A stretch of 64,000 nucleotides of DNA, taken from the NCBI RefSeq assembly GCF_037042905.1, contig NC_087246.1:3970001-4034000 (forward strand), read 5' to 3'. This document shows positions 23,660 to 35,500 of the stretch, in pieces. Numbering within the stretch: the stretch's first letter is position 1; each line of letters begins with the position of its first letter. The notes under the pieces are model-generated. The model worked only from the letters and a program-made list of their open reading frames with translations, made no database searches and had not been told where the DNA came from. The DNA comes from Lytechinus pictus. Taxonomy: Eukaryota. Both the position numbers and the translations under genes were made by a program.

Positions 23660-25755
23660 AAATAATGGTACATGTTTAAATGAAACACAGCCAAACAAAG
23701 TCCCAAAGCATTCCAAATCCCCTTGTTTCTATAACTAAAAAACAACTTTCAAACAGTCCTGAGATTCACCTTTTGGTAACCAAACACCTAATCCCTATAT
23801 AACAATGTACCAAAGTCATGATATTGGATTCCATATGAGCATATTAAAGGTGTTACACTTTAAGGAATTAAATCATTAATTCCATCATTAATGCCAGGAA
23901 TAAAGAACGAAATACTTATGTAACAATAAATTCCACTGCAGGTAATGCATTTATGTACCCAATCATTGGTTCAAAACAACAAACCTTGCATTTTGGGACA
24001 TTGTATTGAGAATAACTTCCTTTTGAATATTTAGTTCTATCTTGTACAAAAGGAACACCTGGTATTCTTTTCTTTCTTAAAATCTAAGCAAACAAACACT
24101 TGGAGCAAACTATTACAATAATAGGCACGTTCCACAAGTAAGCATTTGTATTATACAAGTATTCAAGTAACATATTATCACATGACAAAATCCTAGCATA
24201 AGGTTGTTGAACGTCGTCAGAATTATGATTTTTCAAATTCCATTGTACTCAATACATATATTGCAGAATTGCAGTAATCAAGATGTTGTCCTTAAATTCT
24301 AAGAAAATCTCAAGAATTGTGATTTTTTCATATTACTGAATATACAAAAAAAAACAAAAAAACAAAGATCCAAAATGTTACTTCTTTGTTTGAATTCGCT
24401 TTGGTTTCCCCAATTAATGCAAGAATGAACAAGAGATGCGATCATGCGCAACCCCCTAATGCAAGTCACCATATACCTCAATCAGTGCCTCATGTTCCAA
24501 ATAATCAAAGAAAAAACTGAACATCGTGTCTCTCCTTTGGTATTTGTGCAACATTCCTCAAGCCTGTGAGCATACTGGTGGTCTTGTTCTTTTCTCTAAT
24601 TCTATAGGCCTAATTTGTGTAATGAATGAAGACCCAAAAAAAAAAAGCTTTAAAAGCAAGCAGTACAATACTTTGTGTTCCTAATCACTGCTTCAAGACA
24701 ATAAACTTGCATTTCTTAATACATTTCAGGCTGCCCTTTTATTTCAAATTCATCCCTGCATCAATTGGGAAAGAAGAAAAGGCAACACTTTGTTATTTTT
24801 TTTTTGATATCCAAACAAATATACACTTAAACATACATACTCCTGCTATTCAAGTATCTAACACATTACAACAGGAAAGTTTCCCCATTTTAAGGATTTG
24901 CTCTCCTTTTCAAAATTCTCCCTTTTTTAAATTCCACTGTACCGTAGTACAAGAATGACCAGATTGCATTATTCTGGCTTTGCTTCTTTTTTGTAAGATA
25001 CTCTCAAGAGTTATTTCTTTTCATAAGGCATTGAAAATTCAAGGTGTTATTTTGTTTATATAGATTCACCTTGTTAACTTAATTCTTAGAGGATGAAAAC
25101 GAGAAGCGATCATGCGCAACTCACCATAGCGTTAATGGTATGTTTTGTACACCAATCAATGCCTCGAACACTCCAAATTCCATCTTATGATTCTAATTAT
25201 AAACAAAAACTTCATATTATCCCTCCTTGAATATGAGCCACATTCCCGAGCCGGGCAAGCAATATTAATAGTGTTGCTCCTGTATAAATAGGCACTCCAA
25301 TTCTATGGGCCTTATTTCTTTCTTCATACATTATAATGTATGAAGAAAGAAATGCTTGTCTAACATTAAATACTACTAACAATCAATACGATGTTTTACG
25401 TTCCTCATAATCAGTTCTTCAAACAATAAACTTTGCACTTCTTGGGTAAGATATTTCAGGATGTCCCCCATTCAAATGTTCCAGATTCATCCTTGCATTG
25501 ATTGGGAAAAAAGAAAAGGATACACTTGTTATTCCTTTTGATTTTGAAATCTAACCATATAGGCACTTAATTGCAACTATTCAACAAACATAATAGGTTT
25601 ACATTTGCAACAAGGAAATTTGCCATTCTTAAGGATTTGCAACATTTTTTCAAACTTCTCTCTCCTCTCTCTTATTTTCAACTACCACAATATGCCTGAT
25701 ACAAAATGGCCGAATTGTGTGATTTCTTTTTACAAATACTCTCAAGAAGTATGTC
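23660..25755. repeat. Three diverged ~650-700-bp tandem units in the LINE leader (about 23660-24330, 24390-25030, 25060-25755)
   Basis: Shared blocks in the same order: TCCAAAT, AATCA..TTCAA..ACAA.AAAC.TTGCA, AAAAGG..ACAC, TAAGG.T(TTGC), CTCAAGA; GCGATCATGCGCAAC at ~24438 and ~25106. Confidence 0.75.
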
Positions 25756-25907
25756 CTTCTAATTAATCGTGGGCATCGATTGCGAGTTGTTAGTGATCGA
25801 TCTTGTCATATAAATTTTACTTTTGCTATGCGATATCATGAATCTGAACCCGATGTTGAAATAAAAACCATAAGAGATTTTGATAGTTAAAAAATGTAAA
25901 GTTTTAA

Positions 25908-26498
25908 AGGTCAAGTTCACCCCAGAAAAATGTTCATTTGACTCGATAGATAAAAATCAAACAAGCAGACCGCTGAAAATTTCATTAAAATAGATTCTAA
26001 AATAAGAAAGTTATGATAATTTCAAGTTTCGCTTATTTTTCACAAATCAGTTATATGCATATGCAAATGAGAGAGTCGGCGATGTCCCTTACTATTTTTT
26101 TTAATTGTTTGAATTATACAATATTTCACTTTTTACAGATTTTACAAAATAAGGACCAATTTGAACTTGACTTAACCCTAAGCTGTTAAAGTAATGGTCA
26201 TTCCAAATGTTCATGGAGGAATAAAATGTTGTGTCACATGACAATGAGGAGAAAAATAGAATTTTTCATATTTCACATAATAAAATACAAAAGAAATAGT
26301 GAGTGAGTGCTGTCATCAGTCTGTTGATTTGCATACCGACCAGGAGGTGCATATAACCGTTTTGTGAAATTAAGCGAAACTTTAACCTGTCATAACTTTC
26401 TTATTTTACATCGATTTTGATGAAATTTTCAGTGTTATGCTCTTTGGATTTTTCTCATTTTTTTCAAATCAACTTTTTGTTGGGGGTGGCCTTGTCCT
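25908..26498. mobile_element. Kolobok-like non-autonomous element
   Basis: TTAA|AGGTCAAGTTCACCCC...GGGGTGGCCTTGTCCT|TTA; same family as 11388-11951. Confidence 0.65.
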
Positions 26499-26873
26499 TT
26501 ATAAACACGTGGACATTTTGAGACCAAACAAAAATAATGCACTCTGAATAAAAGCACCTTTTCAAATTATATTCATAGAGCATTTTTAGTTGGAGTGATA
26601 ACATGCCGATTTGATATGAGTTTTACCTGAGAGTATAATCATTTTTTCCTAACTTGGAATTTATTGAGAATTTTATTGACTAATTAATGTCATGTTGCGT
26701 GAACTATCCGCCAACACCATAAACATGCATACCTCTAACATGGTACTTCTTATAATCATCATAATAAACATTTCAAGTTTTAAAGGCGAAGTCTCTTTGA
26801 ATAGCAACAATTTGATCACGTAATAGTCTTGTTGTATATGCCCTGAAAAACGTCCTGCATGGGCTTCATTCCA

Positions 26874-27020
26874 GGGGCCCGTTGCAGAAAGACTTGCAAT
26901 CAATTGCAACTCTAAAAATCATGCGCAACTTGATTTTCAACCAATCAACAGCGCGCATTTGGGACATGCGATTGATTTTCTGACTTGCGTTTAAAAGCAA
27001 CTCTTTCTGCAACGGACCCC
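26874..27020. mobile_element. Short MITE (Harbinger-like GGGG termini)
   Basis: GGGGCCCGTTGCAGAAAGA...TCTTTCTGCAACGGACCCC. Confidence 0.7.
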
Positions 27021-27938
27021 TGAACAGACAGCACTCTACTCATGTTCCACAGATCAATACACTCATAAAATAGTTGGGAAAAAAAGGCCCAAATTTTATC
27101 CAACCCTGGGCAACATACTGTCCACATAACTATTGGTTGTAATCTGCCAAAAGTGGGTAATAAAAAAACTAATAATTGGGTAATAAGTTTGCTCAATTGG
27201 ATAATAATTGGCCAGAATATATATAAACTCCTCAAAAAAGGTTTGGAAATCTGACGTTGAGCGATAATCCCTCCTCGGTTTTAGTCAATATCAATGTGTA
27301 ATTAACATCAATGAATAGATCATTTTATTATCTTTAAAATGATACCCTACATGATATGATTATGGTTCACATGGAGGTGCAGTGCCTTGAAATGTGGGGG
27401 CAAGGTCAAAACTCAAAAGTTGCAAAATGACACAATATTGAAAGTCACTGTTCTTTTTTCCGTGGTGATGAGCGAGTTTCTCATCGGTTTCTTTAAATTG
27501 TTTCATTGCACCTTAAAATCAACAAACATATCAAACACACCTCTGCACAAGCAAACACATAGCAAACAAACAAACATGCATGGGTATTTCAAACCACGAC
27601 TCAAACCATCACAGAACCATCACTACATAAACCACAACAAAACATAAACAATGAAGAAGCAGGGGCTTGATTCGAATGGATTTTCATCTCTATTGACACA
27701 GACAAAAGAATTATGTTCTGTATTAACATAATAAGCATGGTATCATTTTAATGAGAATTAAATGATCTTTTGATTGATATCAAAAATGCATTGTGTAAAA
27801 TTGGGAGTTGGGAGAAATTAATGGCCAAACTCAGATTTCCAAACTTTTTTTTGCTCGTTTTGCAGCTTTTCAATTTAGACCTCATCCAACACTTTTGAAT
27901 CCTGCTCTTTAAGTGATGGCATGATCATAACAAGCAGT

Positions 27939-28341
27939 GGAGGAGCCGTGATGTAGTGGTTCTGACTCTCGCCTTGTAAACAGAGTATATAAAACATTCT
28001 ATTAACTAATAAAATTTCATACTGTATATCTAAGTGTTCGAATCCCACCGCGGTCTGGCGTCCTTTGGCAAGGCGTTAATCCACACTTTGCCACTCTCGA
28101 CCCAGGTGCTAAATGGGTACCCGGTAGGATGTGAAAGTCATTGTAGCTTGTCCAGTACTGTGTGCGCCTCACCGGCGACTGACTGGAATACTCCCCAGGG
28201 AGTGGAGGATGTGCACACATTGTGTGCGGGAATGACTGATTGAATCCGATGACCGGGGTAATAATATACCTGTAAAGCGCTTAGACACGTCGTTCCGATG
28301 TATTAAGCGCTATATAAAAAACGGATTATTATTATTATTAT
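27939..28341 (+). mobile_element. tRNA-derived SINE with (TTA)n tail, carrying a 52-bp foreign insert
   Basis: GGAGCCGTGATGTAGTGG (A box), GTTCGAATCCC (B box), TCCTTTGGCAAGGCG..ACCCAGGTGCTAAATGGGTACC core, TGTAAAGCGCTT..AAGCGCTATATAAA 3' end. Confidence 0.85.
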
Positions 28342-29463
28342 TTTAAAGAGAATTAAATCATCTATTGAATGATGTCAAATATGCATTGTGTAAAATTGGG
28401 AGTTGGGAGAAATTAATGGCCAAACTCAGATTTCCAAACTTTTTTGAGGGGTTTAGTAGTTTTTACCAACATACATTACCCAACACAGTGAACAGTAATG
28501 TTGCCCAACATTTTATGTGTGTACCAAAGCTGGTGACAATGCTTTTCAGGCATTTCAGGCATGTGCCTGAAGATGCTGGAACGATCGAGATTCCAACAAG
28601 ATTTATGAGTCTTTCACCATCTTTTTTTTTAAAGAAACATATCAAAACTCCGTTTATCAATCAATACTCTTACATGTATTATCTAGGCCTATTTATTTCT
28701 GTTCCTAATCATTTTGTAAGAGTGCTGTATAAATAAACAGATTATTATTATTATCGTTCTCTTAGCGGATTACAGTATACGATTCCTTTAAATGGCCGAT
28801 GATTTCCTATTTAAAACAAAGTTGTATAATATAAATTCAATCGTTTTCTGAAAATGTTTAGTGTGTCAATACTATCTCTACAAAGCACACTGGTCTATAG
28901 CACATCACTCATCGAGTGACATGCATCCATGGGGAGAAGAAACCTATAACATGACTATCGACAGTGATAGGATACAAATATTTTGTATGTATTCGGTAGT
29001 ATATAAAACATTCTATTAACTAATAAAATTTCATACTGTATATCTAAGTATTGTTTTGTTTCTTCTAAATAAGACTTTGATTATATTCCATATCACTATG
29101 ATGACTTCTTCTAAACAACGAGGTATAAAAATTCACCTGTTCGTTTTTTCAAGTAGCGGTTCTTCGTAAAAAAAAAAGGCGTCGCGATATTCACCCTTTT
29201 CTTCCTTCTCCTCCATCCCCTTCTTTTGCTTCTACTTTTCTCTTTCTCTTTTCTGTTTAGTTTTTGTTTTTGTTTTTTACTTTTCTTTTCCCCTCCTATT
29301 TTGATCCATGAATGATCATATCATTATGTCTACATATTCCAATTTCTCGGGGTTTGTTATATAATTTCTGAAGGCAGTGCTAAATGCTCCGTAAATGCTT
29401 TGTTTTTGTTTTAGTTTGTATCCTCATAAACCCGACTATTATGACTATAGCAGAAGAATAAAA

Positions 29464-29562
29464 TCAGAGTTCAGATTCTTCACCGTCGTATTCTACCTCT
29501 CTCTTCGGTTCGACATGAATTACATTGTTTTTAGTTTCCATGGCTTGGTATTCATACTCCTC
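29464..29562 (-). CDS. SLC5 terminal exon
   Basis: Pyrimidine tract plus AG; EEYEYQ...DGEESEL-stop, ending in a class I PDZ-type S-x-L motif. Confidence 0.7.
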   Translation of the reverse strand, partial: EEYEYQAMETKNNVIHVEPKREVEYDGEESEL

Positions 29563-32500
29563 CTAGTGCAGACAAAAAAAATAAAGATAAACAAAGAATC
29601 AGAATGTTGTTTTTTTTATATGGAGGAGGAGTAATAGCAGCAGTGGTAGTCGGGTGCATTAATCTTGTTACGACCAAAATATGTTTCTTATGCATATATT
29701 AGCATAATAATAATAGTAAAAGATTTGTAAAGCAATTGAAGAAACAAAATGTCGCATCAATTTATTCGTGATTTGCAAACTAACAAACACTATTTTCTCT
29801 GTATTTAAACTCTCTTGCTGGGAAATATTAGAGCTTACCTGTAGATAATATATACATATCACGGAAACACATTTTTAAGTGACAGACGTTTCAAGTTTTG
29901 TATTAGATAGAAATTTGATGAGTACCGAGAAATCAAGAGAACACTTTCAATTTGGTTCGTCTGTGACAAGGAAGAAGGTGACAACCCAACCAAATGTCAT
30001 GGTACTCTTTACAATATAAAAAGGACACAACATATTTCATAGCTGATTTTTTTTTTGTAGGCTCTATAACTTAAGTGGGCCAAAATAGATCATGACAAAC
30101 TGATCAGGCTTATCGTATTTAACTTAATATATTTGATATGTGATAACCATACTTACCACATCTTTACACTCCTCTCCTACCCTACATCGTAATGGTATCT
30201 TCCATTTCTCTGGTAGACAGCAGTACATCTTGTCGACGATTGGACATATTAAACGGGGGTCAAGTTTCTTTGGATCCTGCGGACCTGATGATGCAAGATT
30301 GGGAAGCTATAACACTTTCAAATAATGTGATGAGCAAATTGTTCTGATCGTGATCTTGGACAATTGATCCTTAACCCTAAATCTCCCGGGGCATTTTGAT
30401 TCTTGTCATTCCCGGGGGGGGGGGGCATTATGGCCCCCCCTTAAGATCTCGGCCGCCGATCGCGCAAGCGACGCAAAGATGTAATCTACAAGGCTGTATG
30501 GTGAAATTATCCAAAATAATGAGATTTTATTTTATATGAATTAATTATGCTAATTTATGCATAAATCATACTTTTTGCTCTAATTCACTAAATAAAGCTC
30601 CTAGAATACTAATTTTTGGTAAAATATTCTTTGTAGCATTCTTAACAATCGCAATTAAAAAAACTTCGGTTTGGAAATCAATTTCCTATGTATTTTATTG
30701 TTTTATGAATTTCTTATGTATTTCTTTGTTTTTTTACTTTTTGTTTTTTATTGTTTTTTTCAATGGAAATCATTCCAGACTTAATTCTGATCATAAACAA
30801 TGCAAAATTAATTAAGTTTAATCAGTAAAAGTAGAAATAATGATACATTTATGAATTTTGGCTAAATACACAATTTGCATTGGATTTGTACATGAAATCA
30901 CGTTTTTGAGCAATTTTGGGTCCGACATGCACTTATATAATGTTGCGTAATGTTGCGTAATGTCGTAATTTGGTCTCAAAATTTGCGCGAGACTTTAAAG
31001 TAAAAAGTCTGTGAGCGGCGAGGTCAAAAAATTTCGCGCAGCAGATATATCGCGAAAATTGTCGAGGGGGGGGGGGCATTATGGCCCTCCCCCCGGGAGA
31101 ATTAGGGTTAAGGGCAGTTTATACAAAATAGTGCTGATTAGCAGTGGACTATGAAAAGGTTTTCAATATTACCCCAATATACAAAAAAAAACCATGAGGA
31201 AATATTTTTCTTTTGGAGGCTTTATCCCTCAAAAATAGAAGAGCATTAACCTAAAAAAATTGTCTCCGATACTCTTGTTCACAGCCTTTTTGTACCCTAA
31301 ATCATCATAATTTTTATTATCATTTATCACTAGTATTTTTATTATTATTACTATTATTAGTATCCTTATTATTATCGTTATTATTATTAGTATCATTATT
31401 ATTATTGTCATTTTTAACATGATCACCATTGCTGTTATTTTGTTGAATAGCCTTACCAGTTATAAAGCTGACAATGTTAGCCACGAAAAGAACCACCAAC
31501 CATGAACTTATTCCATACCACGTATAAGAAAGTTTGTAGAAATTCACCAAGGCAGATCTGAAAGGATAAATAAAGCCGGTGATTCGAATGAAAAGGTATT
31601 GGAGATGGTAATGATACGCGATTGTGAAGGTGTAGTTTGTAGTTGTATTTTGCATGGATTCAATGTTTGTGGAGGTCAGGTGGTGGTCAAATTCTGATTT
31701 TAAGGAGCAATTTATCACTCAATAATCGGTCTCTTTTTCTTTTTCTCTTATAAAAGAAAATTATTTTTATCTCAATCTTCCTCACAGAAGAAGCATAAGT
31801 GGGTGCATCGAGAGGGTGACGAGAATTAGTAGTCTCTGTTAAAAGTCGATGATAAGTGTTGAAGTTGAAGCTATCGATGTAAGTTATGGTGGACGGTGGT
31901 CATTGTTGCAGTCATGGCAGTGATGGTGGCTTTGATGATTCCGGCCGGGGAGGGGGGGGGGGGGTAGTGCGCCTGACGGTGGTGAAAGTGATTATTCCGA
32001 CTGTGTTATGAAATGTATTTGGGTATGTCTTAGAATATAAAGAAAATTTTCAATTCAAAGTAGATAAAGTAACATAAAATAAAAAACATGATTTTTCATA
32101 TTTGTGAAAGAAAATATGAATTGAAACGAAGACATAACTACGAAATTTGCTAATCGAAGAAAACTTTATCATCTATCATAAATGAATATTTAATTTGTGA
32201 AATAAATTGCAATTTCTATAGTTACTCATTGGGGACCACCATAGTTAGGTTATCGAAGACGGGTGTCGTCGAATCCAGCGTAGAAAAATAACTCGTGTTC
32301 ATCATCAAGTCTGTCGTCGTGTTTGACATCGGACATTGGTCGGTGGTGAGCGGAGGATCGTCGGGTGGGTTAGGATACATCTGCACTCCAATCGCAAGCC
32401 AACATGAATAAGCTAGACCAGTAATAGTGCCCAATGTGACGCCCTGAAACAAGATAATGCCAAAATTTACTCCTACCATGCCTATCTCCTGTTCATCGTC

Positions 32501-35500
32501 GAACACGTTGAGGAATATTGTTTCAAGTTTTGATGACAAATTACTTTTCAACCAATGAGATGCAAAGATAATGTCACATTGGAAAGAGAAATTAATCGAC
32601 AAATTGCTTTCATGAAACGCTCCCTTGAAGCCGTATTGGCATAGTCATATTTTAAGACGTTTAAATTGTAAAGAAAATGAATTCTGATATTACATTTTTC
32701 GAAATAAAAACGTAAGGAATTCAACGCTTATCATGCAGTGTGGGTAACCGTGGTAACAGCACCCCCTTCCTTGAACATAAAATCATTCAAAAAAATTATC
32801 GTCTCAGTGTAAATTTACAAATGCATTTAGATAAAAGGTATGAATAGACATGATAGACATGGCTTAAAATGTTAATTGTCTATAATTATCGATTACTCTC
32901 TGAAGAATGACACTTTACAAAGATATATTTATAGATTCAAAATTAGGAAGTGCATCATCAAGAAACCCGCAGAGAACACCAATTGGATATTTTTGCGATT
33001 ACCGCTCGTTATTTTGATATTTTAGTCCCACTTGGTGCGCTAGTGCCCTTGATAATGCATTTATCCTCATTACCAGGTTCATCGGATAGGACCTTGAGCC
33101 GTCGGTCCTCTGGCTGCTTGCTTACAAGCATTCATGTTTTCTTAGCAATCAGATTAAAAAACCACCACCATTTATCATTTACCGTTATTCCGAAGGTGCG
33201 ATATTCCGTATATGCTTTTTAGTCCTATACTTCGTTCATACAAAAATGAATTACGGTTCGTTTAGTTAATTAGTTATTTTCAGACCCGTATTCCATTTTC
33301 GGAATACTTGAACCTTGGGAATGAGAGGCGTTATCCCCTAGCAGCTCAATCCCAACCTTTCGTTGGAGAACGCGAACGCTTATTTACGACGGTAGTTGAT
33401 TTTGGAAGAGACTTTTGGGCCCGTCGTCATGGTCGTAAAACTCTGTCCTGCAATGCAAATTGTGTGACATGAGATTTTTTTTCGTTTCGCATCTGCAACG
33501 GAAACATTCAATATGCGTTTCGTGTGCAAAATTCTGGTTGCTACTACTAACAGCGATATATCCGATTTAGGACGACTTTCCAGAGCCACATTTGGTTCCG
33601 CCCAGAGCTCGAGAGGCCGCCCGGGGGGCCCACTTCCATTGACGAGTGGATACCAGGCGCAACCACGCGTAAAAGGGGACAGAGTGGGCAAGTACGTTTC
33701 GTATATAATATAGGCCTTTGTAACGTTATAAGGGTGTCAAAAACGATGTTTAAAATACTGAAAAAAAGTGATATATTTCCAATACTTGTAAGGTTTCACA
33801 AGCCAAATACTTGTTAAAAGATGCATTTTCATAATCTGGAAAAGCCTTGCTTCCCTTGTTTAGGGTGCTTTTCGAAACTGCATGGTCGTGCCTGGTATCC
33901 ACTCATCAATGGAAGTGGCCCCCCCGGGAATTTGAATCGTATCCCCCATTTCTGGGGAAAGTAAAACATAATGCCCATTACATTGTGTGCTAGAGGCATA
34001 TCGTTTGTGTAGGAGTAACCAAAAGAAAAAACCCCGCAATTTCGACTGGTATTCAGACGTATACATGCTGTGTACATATCAACGCATGCGAAATGGTTTC
34101 AGCTGGAGAGGTCATCTGACCCCATGGAATCAATTGCCAGTGATCCACCAATAATCCTCATTAAATGCAATATCGATTCGATGGACTGTAATGATCTATA
34201 TCTAAGTAAGTTTTTCCCCATTCAATATGTACTCGATTTGTTTGAAAAACCACTTTCTTATCCATATCATAATCTATTGTGGGCCCTGCATTTCGAATAT
34301 CTCCAGCCAGCTGTCATAGCTAGTAGAGGTTCGCCGCCGGCTCAGGGGGCATATACGATGATGATCAGACGTACACATGCATGAAAACGGGTGTCGCGTG
34401 AAAAAAATTTGCACACGAAAAGCACATCTACAGGGCCTGTATCACAAAGCTTAGCAATGAATGTAAAACAGTTTTCTATGATTGATTCCATTGATTATAA
34501 TCTACAATTACTCGTGAAAATCGAATGTACGATTAATCGTTAATTTTTGTGTTAGGGGACCCTAATCTTACCGTCCCTGAGGTTTGCGAAAGGAGGCTAG
34601 TTATTAGTCTTGTCCGCGGGTTTACGATGACACACTACCTTTAAGATATCTAACCTTTGCATTGATCCATGGAAAGAACATACCACATGAGAAAAGACCA
34701 AGGACAGGACCTCCAAACATTCCAAAAATGTTCATCGAAAACTTGATAAGAAAAAAGGCGATGTTAAGAGAAGAATAACAAATGTAACAATAACAAAACA
34801 AAATTAATATCTTAAAATTCGCACAATATCCGGTGAGGCAACATGTAGAAACTTTTTATTGCTATAAACCATTGACAACTCATTCGTAAATAGTATCGGG
34901 CAAGAAAACCTTTATGAACAAACTTACACTAACATAGGTAGAAAATTTTGTAGTCATTACTATAAAAGCTTTTTTTTCCAAAGGAAAAAACCCAACATAG
35001 ATATAAATGCACAGTATTCATTACACTTCGATGCAATGAGCATAGTGCTTTTCATCTCCTTGCAAAGAGATCGCCACAACATATTTGAAGTCCCTATAAT
35101 CTTAGTAGGTCTCAAAGACATTGGAGCAACAAATTTAGACCAACATCTCTGAGGTATCCTTTGAATCAAGTTGGTCATTCTGGAAGGCGTCATACGACGT
35201 CTCCTCACCATTTCTGTTGTCCATCAGGTCACGAATACGTCGCCACGAAGTCTCTTTAACGTCATTCCATCCAACAGGTCTTAAATACGTCGTCACGACG
35301 TCTCATCGACGTCACTCGCCTCCAACAGAATGTCTCATAATACAGTTTTAAGAGGAATGATAAGGGTCGTCCTTATGATTTTTTACATGATACGAGAAAC
35401 AACTTATATTATAGATCATGCAGCTTAATGTATTAGTTGTGAGGAGTGGAAGATATATTACAAGTAGAACAGGGGACCGTAAATTTCATCAACATCATCT

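Larger units (their letters stand above)
18885..25758 (-). mobile_element. ~6.9-kb Tx1/L1-clade non-LTR retrotransposon: poly(A), G-rich 3'UTR, intact ORF2, 2.7-kb non-coding leader
   Basis: 3' end set by the poly(A); 5' end inferred from a CTAATT copy at 25759-25764 matching 18879-18884 and from apparent resumption of flank homology with ~55700. Confidence 0.75.
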
